DNA of 64,000 nt from a virus (taxonomy: Duplodnaviria > Caudoviricetes): IMG/VR virus record IMGVR_UViG_3300026549_000039, positions 64,001 to 128,000 of that record. The stretch is one strand, 5' to 3'. The notes under the pieces are model-generated. The model was not told where the DNA came from. It saw nothing but the letters and a program-made list of their open reading frames with translations, and searched no databases. Made by a program: the position numbers and the translations under genes. Shown piece by piece: positions 1 through 7,905 of the stretch (position 1 is the first letter of the stretch; the number at the start of each line of letters is the position of its first letter).

Positions 1-29
1 TATTCCACGGACTATCCCATGTAGATGGT

Positions 30-1007
30 ATGCTGTTAGCCGGTATAAGATGGGACCATGCGCTGGTCCCATCTGACCTAGGACTGTGGCATCTGGATGA
101 AGCTAAATACCACTGTGCTCTGAAAAAAGAACTCGAATGGATTGTTGAGTGGGGTGAACCTGATGAAAATGGCAAAAAGAAACTGAAGAAAGGCCAAACC
201 AAAGGCCAGGTAGCGGGCTTCATAAACCATCCATCAGGAGATTTAGGCGAGGACACAAAAGGTATATCTGTAAGTTCTGGGGCATGGCTGAGTCAAGACA
301 GGGTAAAATGCACAAAAATGGTCAACGATCTCATACGGCGCGTAAACAGCATTGATCTATCTTCACTGAGACAGTCCACACCCATACTACAAACCCGAGG
401 TCAAACCGCTCTGGTTTCTATCAAAGAACCAGACTCCTATAATATGAAGGATATACCTATAGGTCTGCCATTGTTAGAATATAAGGTCGAGAATAACCAT
501 TACCCGTATGGGGTAGCAATGCCATACTCCCTAACTACAGACGGGTCTATGAGAACCATGTATGGGGTATTTGGTAATCAGCTGTGGATATTTGATGTAC
601 TGGACTACACCCTAATAGTAAGGCACCCTGTCCTGGATGAATCAGGACAGGTGGATCACTATGACTACTTTGAGGGCGACATTATCGACATGGCTGATAT
701 ACTAGAAGCAAATCGTTCCGAGCTTCAATGTTTCATAAGGAACGATTCTGAGTTTGATATGCTGGATGTTCACCTTATAATAGAGGTGGACAGGCACGAC
801 GATAACAGCAGGACACATGATGTGTTCTTGTCACACACGCAAGGCGCAACAGGAACAAAAGACCTAGCTGTTGGAGACATAGTGCCCGGAGGGTCAAAGG
901 AGTTCTGGATCGAAGTACACCCACTATATGTGCAAGTGTGGGAGAGGGGCTCAACTTTTTCGCTGCCCCTTCGTATCCAGTACACCACAGACTCAGACCT
1001 ATACTAA
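30..1007 (+). CDS. Hypothetical protein, probably virion/tail structural (may start upstream of window)
   Basis: 325-aa ORF directly upstream of tail-fibre-like genes on the same strand; no diagnostic motif recognised. Confidence 0.45.
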   Translation: MLLAGIRWDHALVPSDLGLWHLDEAKYHCALKKELEWIVEWGEPDENGKKKLKKGQTKGQVAGFINHPSGDLGEDTKGISVSSGAWLSQDRVKCTKMVNDLIRRVNSIDLSSLRQSTPILQTRGQTALVSIKEPDSYNMKDIPIGLPLLEYKVENNHYPYGVAMPYSLTTDGSMRTMYGVFGNQLWIFDVLDYTLIVRHPVLDESGQVDHYDYFEGDIIDMADILEANRSELQCFIRNDSEFDMLDVHLIIEVDRHDDNSRTHDVFLSHTQGATGTKDLAVGDIVPGGSKEFWIEVHPLYVQVWERGSTFSLPLRIQYTTDSDLY

Positions 1008-1022
1008 GCTGATGTAGGAAAG

Positions 1023-2099
1023 GTGGTTTTGTTAATGGCTGATGAAGTCACTGTATTTAAGCGATTAAAGTGGGCTCGGCGTGCGTCTGGTCAAGATCCT
1101 ATCTTGGCTCTTGGCGAAGTCATGATCGACCATACAGCCAAGGAGATGCGGATTGGGGATGGTATAAAGAAGTTCTCTGAACTGACAGACATTGTTCCTT
1201 TGGATGTAACACAATTTGGTCTTGAAGCGACCGGAACTTTGGGAGGATTAAAAGATGATGTTAAAAATGGTCCTGCTTATGTTTCTAATAAGTATCCCCT
1301 GGGCACTCAGATCGTAGTTGATTGGAAGTCCTCAGACGGCACAGTATATCAGTGCCCCTGGGACATTGTGAATTATCAGACGGTGACTCTTGAAGGTGGC
1401 ACAACCAGCAATGCCATGATTATACAGTGCCACTACGCATTACCTGTAAGTGGAATAGTATTTGATGCACCCGAGCCTACTAATACTAATACCACCAGAA
1501 ATACCGGTGGTAATAACAGGTATCTGCACTCCGCTGTGAGACAATGGTTGAACAGTGATGCTGATGCTGGCGAATGGTGGACTGCACAGCACTCGACTGA
1601 CGCTGCACCAGCCTATGCTGCTACAGAACCTGGGTTCTTAGCTGGGTTCTCCGCTGAATTTGTAGAGCTTCTTTCTCCTGTTAGGGTTAAGACCGCTACC
1701 GCAGACTTAGATAACAACGTGGTAGACACTACCTACGACAGGGTATGGCTACCATCCAAAGAAGAGCTATATAGTGTGGTGGACACCACAAACAGTAGTG
1801 TGTCTATTGATAATGTAGAGGGTCCCTACTGGGAGTATTGGAAAACACGGATGGGTACTAACAGCCCTGCTATAGATAATGACTCTAGCAATATTACAAA
1901 CAGGGTCACCTATGTGATCAGTGACCATTCCTCTGCACATGTCATATGGTTACGATCTGCCTATCGCAGCAACCCCGACCGAGCATGGTGCATACGTTCC
2001 GACGGAACCCTTAATTATGCAACAGTCAGTAACAATGTCAGTGGTATTCTAACCACACCAGCTGCGGCTATACTACTAGGTGACGATCCCACACCCTAA
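1023..2099 (+). CDS. Receptor-binding/tail fibre protein: Mtd_N-like N-terminus + DUF6273 (CLec-like) domain, paralogue 1
   Basis: N-term W..ASGQDPILALGEVMIDHTAKEMRIGDG (Mtd_N/hyaluronidase-N-like); GNNRYLHSAVRQWLNS, DRVWLPSKEEL and C-terminal WLRS motifs typical of DUF6273. Confidence 0.75.
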   Translation: MVLLMADEVTVFKRLKWARRASGQDPILALGEVMIDHTAKEMRIGDGIKKFSELTDIVPLDVTQFGLEATGTLGGLKDDVKNGPAYVSNKYPLGTQIVVDWKSSDGTVYQCPWDIVNYQTVTLEGGTTSNAMIIQCHYALPVSGIVFDAPEPTNTNTTRNTGGNNRYLHSAVRQWLNSDADAGEWWTAQHSTDAAPAYAATEPGFLAGFSAEFVELLSPVRVKTATADLDNNVVDTTYDRVWLPSKEELYSVVDTTNSSVSIDNVEGPYWEYWKTRMGTNSPAIDNDSSNITNRVTYVISDHSSAHVIWLRSAYRSNPDRAWCIRSDGTLNYATVSNNVSGILTTPAAAILLGDDPTP

Positions 2100-2126
2100 A
2101 TCTAGTTAGAAAGAGGTGATATAACA

Positions 2127-3203
2127 ATGGCTGATCCTGTGGTTATTCACAGAAGGCTGCTTATAGCAGAACGCGCTGCTAATACCAACCCTACCCTCCT
2201 TGATGGTGAGTTAATGATGGATCGCAGCATTGAAGGAGGACATTACCTGAAGGTTGGGAAACCAGGTGATGCTACAACATTTGATTCAAGCAACACTATG
2301 GTTTACTCAAATCCTGAAAAATACCGTCCAGCAACTGAGAGTACTACAACTGAGGATACTACATTTACCGATATCAAGGCGGCTATTGCTGGTGGTACAG
2401 CCTCCACGCTGTACCCCATTGGAGACCAGGTGGTTGTAACCTACACGGATCCTGTAGACAATAACGAGTATGAGCTTCCTTGGGACATAGTGTCGTATAG
2501 GACTGTGTACACGCAGGATAATGTAGCGCACCAGGCTATGATTCTACAGGCCCACTACGCTATACCCACTACCACCATCCAGTTCGATGCACCTGAGCCA
2601 TCCAACTCTGACGACTCTGACCGCAAGAACTACGGTAGCAACCGGTGGAGAGACTCTGCGATCAGACAGTGGTTGAACAGCAGTGCAGCAGCCGGATCGT
2701 GGTGGACAGCACAGACTAACACCGATGCAGCTCCAACTAGACCTACAGGTTGGGTAGACTGGCCCGGTTTCCTGAAGTGTTTGCCAGAAAGTCTGGCATC
2801 TTTCCTCCAGCCTGTAAAAGTACAGACTGCAACTGCCAACGTAGACTCCAGCGTAGTAGACACCACTTACGATAAGGTATGGTTACCATCCAAAGAGGAG
2901 CTGTATTCGGTAGTGGATACTACCAACACCAGTGTGAGCATCAGTGGCGTAGAGGGGCCGTACTGGGAGTACTGGAAAACACGCATGGGTACCGACAGCC
3001 CGGCGGCGGATAACAATAGCAGCACAAACTCAAAACGTATCACCTACCACATAGGGGACCCCACCAGTACCAGCCGTGTGTGGCTCCGTTCAGCTTGCCG
3101 TTCCTACCCTTGCATTGTGTGGTTTCTGGACATCAATGGCGTTCTCAACTACAACTACACTAGCAACATTTATCGGGCCGCGCCCGCTTGTGCCATCTTC
3201 TAA
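2127..3203 (+). CDS. Receptor-binding/tail fibre protein: Mtd_N-like + DUF6273 domain, paralogue 2, with VR-like C-terminus
   Basis: NPTLLDGELMMD..YLKVG; GSNRWRDSAIRQWLNS; DKVWLPSKEEL; C-terminal VWLRS...RAAPACAIF as in DGR CLec targets. Confidence 0.8.
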   Translation: MADPVVIHRRLLIAERAANTNPTLLDGELMMDRSIEGGHYLKVGKPGDATTFDSSNTMVYSNPEKYRPATESTTTEDTTFTDIKAAIAGGTASTLYPIGDQVVVTYTDPVDNNEYELPWDIVSYRTVYTQDNVAHQAMILQAHYAIPTTTIQFDAPEPSNSDDSDRKNYGSNRWRDSAIRQWLNSSAAAGSWWTAQTNTDAAPTRPTGWVDWPGFLKCLPESLASFLQPVKVQTATANVDSSVVDTTYDKVWLPSKEELYSVVDTTNTSVSISGVEGPYWEYWKTRMGTDSPAADNNSSTNSKRITYHIGDPTSTSRVWLRSACRSYPCIVWFLDINGVLNYNYTSNIYRAAPACAIF

Positions 3204-3212
3204 TCTCTTCAT
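3081..3212 (+). other. DGR variable-repeat-like segment with 14-nt G/C-only element (3174-3187) and IMH-like tail
   Basis: TGGCTCCGTTCAGCT...CGGGCCGCGCCCGC TTGTGCCATCTTCTAATCT; most codons in the segment end in C/T, as expected from A-mutagenesis of AAY codons. Confidence 0.55.
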
Positions 3213-3269
3213 TTGGGTTGATGAATCGGTAGCAGGTAAAAACATACGGGTAATGATATACTAGGTAAA

Positions 3270-3323
3270 GACAAGCTGCTAGATTGCTGCCAAAGCTGGT
3301 AGATCATATCTAAGCAGCTTGTC
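3270..3323. repeat. Long inverted repeat / hairpin downstream of the VR-like segment
   Basis: GACAAGCTGCT...AGCAGCTTGTC perfect 11-bp arms, extended by AGAT/ATCT and CTGCCA/TGGTAG. Confidence 0.7.
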
Positions 3324-3368
3324 AAGGCAGTGGGTAGAACCTACACCAAAATAGTGGAGGGATATTAG

Positions 3369-3548
3369 ATGTCTGATGTACGAATACGTCACCTCAATAC
3401 CAGCATTCAGGAAGCTGTTGCTCAAGAGTCTATGAAGGCTAGAGTTGCAAAGCTGGAGGCCAGTCTGGACTATTTGGCTATGATGTCCGACATCGATCTT
3501 GCTTCGGACAGCGAGATGGAAGGCGAGGGGGCTGAGCCTAATGGCTAA
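3369..3548 (+). CDS. Small coiled-coil protein (59 aa; XkdW-like position)
   Basis: Read directly: GGAGG RBS, MSDVRIRHLNTSIQEAVAQESMKARVAKLEASLDYLAMMSDIDL...; overlaps the xkdX-like gene. Confidence 0.6.
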   Translation: MSDVRIRHLNTSIQEAVAQESMKARVAKLEASLDYLAMMSDIDLASDSEMEGEGAEPNG

Positions 3549-3702
3549 GAAGAAAACCGCAGAGAGCGTAAAGTTTCAGTCTGTAAAATACTATTATGAC
3601 AACCATCTGTGGTCAAAGCGGCAGGTTAAGAATGCTGTTGCCAAAGCCAGGATTACCGAAGCCGAGTACGAGCAGATCACAGGCGAGACCTATACTGCTT
3701 AA
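3541..3702 (+). CDS. xkdX: XkdX family protein
   Basis: KFQSVKYYYDNHLWSKRQVKNAVAKARITEAEYEQITGETY matches the XkdX pattern; start at ATG 3541. Confidence 0.8.
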   Translation: MAKKKTAESVKFQSVKYYYDNHLWSKRQVKNAVAKARITEAEYEQITGETYTA

Positions 3703-3717
3703 GGACGGTGAAGACTA

Positions 3718-4521
3718 ATGGCTGAACCAGGCATGAGAGATATTTACTTTTTCGACATGCGCACAAAGGAGTTCCTCAGAGCTGACCAGGCTTCAGTATC
3801 AGAATCTGGGGGTATCATGGTACCAGCTAACACTACATTAACTCCTCCTCCCAGTATGGAAGACATGCCGCCAAACACAACCTACATTTGGGATGTTAAG
3901 GGTAATGAGTGGCAACTGACGCATGATTACAGAAATGTACCTGTATATAACATCAATACTAAGGAGCGCCTGTCTCTCAAACTTGGAGAATTTCCTGATC
4001 CTGCTATAACTACACTTGTAGAACCGGCAGATCCACGTATGGAATGGGATGAATCCATTAGAAACTGGAGGTTCCCTCTGGAGGTCCTAAAGGAAATCAA
4101 GAATGCAGAGCTGAAACAGGCATACCTTGACGCTGAAAATGGACCATTCCACACTGGAGTTAAAGGTACTGCTGTTAAGAAGGGCGAAATGGAAGACACC
4201 GAAGAAATTGAGATCGTAATTCGATCCAACCTCACTAGCAGGGACCATATCCAGCTCCTTCTTGAGACACCTGCTGTCAAAAAGGAAGGAAGTGAAAAAG
4301 CTGACGACCTTGTTGTGCTACGTGACTTTGATAACAGATACATACAGATTACAAGGGAACAGCTTGCGGAAGTATTGAAAGCCCAAAAGGCTGCTGCTAT
4401 TGGTTATCTACATAGGAAGTGGATGCTCCAGGAGAGAGTAAACGATGCTCAGACAAGGGAAGAAGTAGAGGCCATAACCTGGGATTCTGACTGGAGTGAC
4501 GTTGATTCCAAAGGAGAGTGA
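3718..4521 (+). CDS. Tail fibre assembly-like protein with C-terminal DUF4376-like domain
   Basis: IYFFD..TKEFL, PANTTLTPPP, W.L..DYRNVPVY; C-term VLRDFDN....ITREQL...AQTREEVEAITW. Confidence 0.7.
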   Translation: MAEPGMRDIYFFDMRTKEFLRADQASVSESGGIMVPANTTLTPPPSMEDMPPNTTYIWDVKGNEWQLTHDYRNVPVYNINTKERLSLKLGEFPDPAITTLVEPADPRMEWDESIRNWRFPLEVLKEIKNAELKQAYLDAENGPFHTGVKGTAVKKGEMEDTEEIEIVIRSNLTSRDHIQLLLETPAVKKEGSEKADDLVVLRDFDNRYIQITREQLAEVLKAQKAAAIGYLHRKWMLQERVNDAQTREEVEAITWDSDWSDVDSKGE

Positions 4522-4526
4522 ATTGA

Positions 4527-4721
4527 ATGGCAATAGGAAGACGAGTCAAAGGCAAATCAAGTAAAAAGCGTGACGAGAAAAGCCAGAGTCTGTCTTCTGG
4601 GCGGTCTGCAAAGAACCTTTCCGTTAAGGGAAACGACGCCACAATTCACCAGCGTAAGAACACTCAAAAGAAGTACTACCAGGCCAAGCGCAGAAGTAAC
4701 AGGGACCTGAAAGAGAAGTGA
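4527..4721 (+). CDS. Small highly basic protein
   Basis: 64 aa, very K/R-rich, GGAG RBS. Confidence 0.55.
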   Translation: MAIGRRVKGKSSKKRDEKSQSLSSGRSAKNLSVKGNDATIHQRKNTQKKYYQAKRRSNRDLKEK

Positions 4722-4727
4722 CGTAGG

Positions 4728-5108
4728 ATGGCTAAAGTTTTTGATCCAGGAACCACACCAAGATCTGGGCATCACGGGTTCCCAATACCAGAAGTACTTA
4801 GAGATCTGTTCAATAAAATATTCAGGAAGGAACAGAGCTTCTACACCAGGACAGAAGAACCTGCCTTAATGATACCTGAGTTCAGAACTTACTCATACCG
4901 AAACGTTCCTGTTAAACTGCTGTCCAGGATCATATTCGTCTATGATGATCCCATTATGCCTACAGAAGTGTACACCATACACAGAACAGGCGATGAAGGA
5001 CAGCTCCTTAAGGTAACAAAGGTTCTAACCAACAAGACGTTGGTACAGCTTGGTATTACAGAACCGCCAAATGATGATAAACTATCTCCAGATGCTACAA
5101 ACGTTTAA
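4728..5108 (+). CDS. Hypothetical protein
   Basis: 126-aa ORF continuing the operon up to a terminator. Confidence 0.55.
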   Translation: MAKVFDPGTTPRSGHHGFPIPEVLRDLFNKIFRKEQSFYTRTEEPALMIPEFRTYSYRNVPVKLLSRIIFVYDDPIMPTEVYTIHRTGDEGQLLKVTKVLTNKTLVQLGITEPPNDDKLSPDATNV

Positions 5109-5116
5109 CACAAATA

Positions 5117-5138
5117 AGGCCGGGCGTTTGCCCGGCCT
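5117..5138. terminator. Hairpin between convergent gene blocks
   Basis: AGGCCGGGC-GTTT-GCCCGGCCT. Confidence 0.65.
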
Positions 5139-5226
5139 CACTGTTTTCTACTCCCAATGCTTGCTTAGCCACCAACCATATACCACGCCAATTACAAAGA
5201 TACCAAACTCGCGCCACATGGTCACA

Positions 5227-5754
5227 TCACCAGAAGAACTCAGCAAACCTTGGATCAAAAGTTGGCTGAATACCATACTCGCTCTTTTCAGTTTTGTAAC
5301 GCACAGTATTAAACTGAATCTGGATGTACTCCTGTTTATCATAGTCTTTGGTTTGCCGCCACCACACACCAGACCAGTATTGAAAAATAGCCAACGAGAG
5401 TCCACTAGATATAGTAGTTGCAGTAATATTATAAATTATTTCATCACGCAACAGCGAAGCGTCAATGTGTGTCCTGTTCCCAACCATCCTGTAGCCAAGT
5501 GTCGGGGTAGTACCATACCTAGGTATATCAATGTTGTACAGTGTCAGATTCGTAGATGGATCCCTGCGTCTAGCCAGAGTATCCGAATCAAAGTTAGCAT
5601 ATGACAGCCTTCCAGTCTTTGAGAAAGCAGATAGTGTACCCTCTAGGTACTGAAACAGGTTGTCAGGAGAGTCATTTGGATCTGTCTCAAGAGCCATATC
5701 AGACAGTATAGCTACCCCAGTAAGGTACGTTCCTAGCCTGGCCATGCTCCTCAC
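5227..5754 (-). CDS. Hypothetical protein
   Basis: 175-aa ORF with 4-nt overlap coupling to upstream gene. Confidence 0.55.
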   Translation of the reverse strand: MRSMARLGTYLTGVAILSDMALETDPNDSPDNLFQYLEGTLSAFSKTGRLSYANFDSDTLARRRDPSTNLTLYNIDIPRYGTTPTLGYRMVGNRTHIDASLLRDEIIYNITATTISSGLSLAIFQYWSGVWWRQTKDYDKQEYIQIQFNTVRYKTEKSEYGIQPTFDPRFAEFFW

Positions 5755-6452
5755 CCCACATGATCACTCATGGTGATTATAGCTAGATTTCTTTCTTCAC
5801 CCAGCGCTGTATTCCTTAGCACAACATTCTCACGTACCAGCACCAGACCAGCCTCTTCCAAGAACTCAACCTTGTCCCATATTGGCTGATACTGTTCCGT
5901 CTTCGCTGGAACAAACGCAGTATGACCTGAAGGATCGGCTATGTCATCATTGTACTTATCCTTAATGTAGGTACGCAAGTCTGCAAACGCTGGATCATTA
6001 CCATACTTCAATCGGATCTGATTCAAATAAGACAGCCACAAATAATGAGGGATATGCTCCAGGACACCTTCATCCAAATCAGCAATCAGCTTTGGAATAT
6101 ACTTGTCACCCAAGCTGGTTGCCCTTTGAACCATTGGACCAAGGTTCTTCATTAGAACATTCTTTACCAGAGGTGGTAGAATCATCTTCGGTAGCGTTGG
6201 TACCTTGCGTTCTAGCTTCGCTACTAATGGGGCTAGTTTAGGACTTGTGTAGTCCTTCCTAAACATACGCTGCCTAGTATCTCGAAGGGCTTCCTGTATC
6301 TCTGAAATATACTCTGATACATCGTTCAGTGTAGGATCTCGGTCTGCATCATCAGAGTCCACTTCGTAGCTGGAAGTTTCAGCATCATCAGTAGGCCAAT
6401 TTATATCAGTCTTAGGGTTGCCCTTCCTCTTGTACTTGTCAAACCAACTCAC
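5751..6452 (-). CDS. Hypothetical protein
   Basis: 233-aa ORF coupled to the phosphoesterase gene. Confidence 0.6.
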   Translation of the reverse strand: MSWFDKYKRKGNPKTDINWPTDDAETSSYEVDSDDADRDPTLNDVSEYISEIQEALRDTRQRMFRKDYTSPKLAPLVAKLERKVPTLPKMILPPLVKNVLMKNLGPMVQRATSLGDKYIPKLIADLDEGVLEHIPHYLWLSYLNQIRLKYGNDPAFADLRTYIKDKYNDDIADPSGHTAFVPAKTEQYQPIWDKVEFLEEAGLVLVRENVVLRNTALGEERNLAIITMSDHVG

Positions 6453-7558
6453 TCATGTTCACCTCCAGCTTCATTTACAGTTTGAACAATGCTGTTAAAC
6501 TCATCCATAATACCTTTAAACAGCTCTGGGTTTGACTCATAGTAAGCACTACTTGTGCCCTTAATATAAGTCTCTAGCATCTGCTGTGGAGCTGTGCTCT
6601 CCTTCATCAACGAAGCCTTTTTTAGATCATTAAAAAACGTCCGCTCTGACTTTGGTAGTATGGATATAACACTACACTCATCCAACCGCTCCCTATAGAC
6701 TTCCCTAACAGCAGCCCTGATCTCAGCCAGCTGATTCGATCTCGCCTTGCCCTCTACAGACACCGACACATGGTAATACGTATTAGGTGCTGGAGATGGC
6801 AAACGCTTCACAAGATCATCAGCTAAGGACTTCCCAGCCTGAACATCAACACTCAGCCTGTTAAGATAGAACTGATCCTTGAACGATATCAGCTGGAAAT
6901 CAGAAGGATCTTCGACAGTCCAGCAGCCAAACTTGCGCTCAATCATGGGATCCGAGTACCTAGTCTGGTAAGGAGCACCTAGCAGGTAGATATTCTTATC
7001 CTGAACAATAAGTGGTGTATGGACGTGACCAATAAGAGCAAGCTCCTTACCATACAACTCAGCATCCGTAACAGCGTCTGGCTTCTCACCATAAAGCCTA
7101 TTACCATACAGTGGAGCCCTGTCATAGCCCTGGTGTAGAAACACCTGTGGATGAGACCTGATCGTATGCTTAGTCTTTGGGTCCAAGGACCTCCTGTATG
7201 GAACAAACAGGAGGTCCATGAACTCTGTAGGTTCATTGAATACAAGAATATTTTGGCTTGCTGCTATGTCATCCAGATAGTCCACAGCCGTACTGTCATT
7301 GTAACCATCAATATCATGGTTGCCCGGTATGATCAATACATGCTTTACATATCTAGCTAAAGCTGAAAACCACTGAGCCGCATACTCGATTATGTTGGCT
7401 GTTGGCTTCTTAGTATTGAACACATCGCCTAGACAAATCACAACATCAGGCTGTATCTCGCCCACAATTTGTGTAAGGAAGCTATTTAGGGCGTCAACCA
7501 TGCGCTCATGAAACATAGGGATCCCCAAATGGGGATCCGTAAAGGCAACAGCAATCAT
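6449..7558 (-). CDS. sbcD: Mre11/SbcD/gp47-like metallophosphoesterase nuclease
   Basis: TDPHLG, LGDVF, PGNHD, FLHQG, GHVH motifs; SbcC-like partner at 23828. Confidence 0.8.
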   Translation of the reverse strand: MIAVAFTDPHLGIPMFHERMVDALNSFLTQIVGEIQPDVVICLGDVFNTKKPTANIIEYAAQWFSALARYVKHVLIIPGNHDIDGYNDSTAVDYLDDIAASQNILVFNEPTEFMDLLFVPYRRSLDPKTKHTIRSHPQVFLHQGYDRAPLYGNRLYGEKPDAVTDAELYGKELALIGHVHTPLIVQDKNIYLLGAPYQTRYSDPMIERKFGCWTVEDPSDFQLISFKDQFYLNRLSVDVQAGKSLADDLVKRLPSPAPNTYYHVSVSVEGKARSNQLAEIRAAVREVYRERLDECSVISILPKSERTFFNDLKKASLMKESTAPQQMLETYIKGTSSAYYESNPELFKGIMDEFNSIVQTVNEAGGEHE

Positions 7559-7566
7559 TTGACAAT

Positions 7567-7905
7567 CTACCTGTTCTGGGCGCTAGGCTCGTAAGGAACT
7601 ATGTGCATCCGATCCATGATGCTTAGATCTGGGTTCTCACTAACAGCGGCAAGCCCCTCAAGCACCATAGCCCTAGCAATGTAGGAATCAGACCTATCAT
7701 TCGCCTTAGCCATAACCGACATCCAATTCCGCACACTATGAGGTATGCGAACATGGATCCAGTCCTCACCATTCTTAACACGTCTGCCTACATGTTTAGG
7801 CTTAACCTCAGTCTTAAATCCAACCTCATCCGCTACCCTTTCCATCTCATCAGGCATCATACTAATCATCCTCCACAGTATAAGTATAGTTTGAGTAGTC
7901 TCCAT
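7567..7905 (-). CDS. Ribbon-helix-helix DNA-binding protein
   Basis: WIHVRIPHSVRNWMSVMAKANDRSDSYIARAMVLEGL fits the RHH pattern. Confidence 0.6.
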   Translation of the reverse strand: METTQTILILWRMISMMPDEMERVADEVGFKTEVKPKHVGRRVKNGEDWIHVRIPHSVRNWMSVMAKANDRSDSYIARAMVLEGLAAVSENPDLSIMDRMHIVPYEPSAQNR

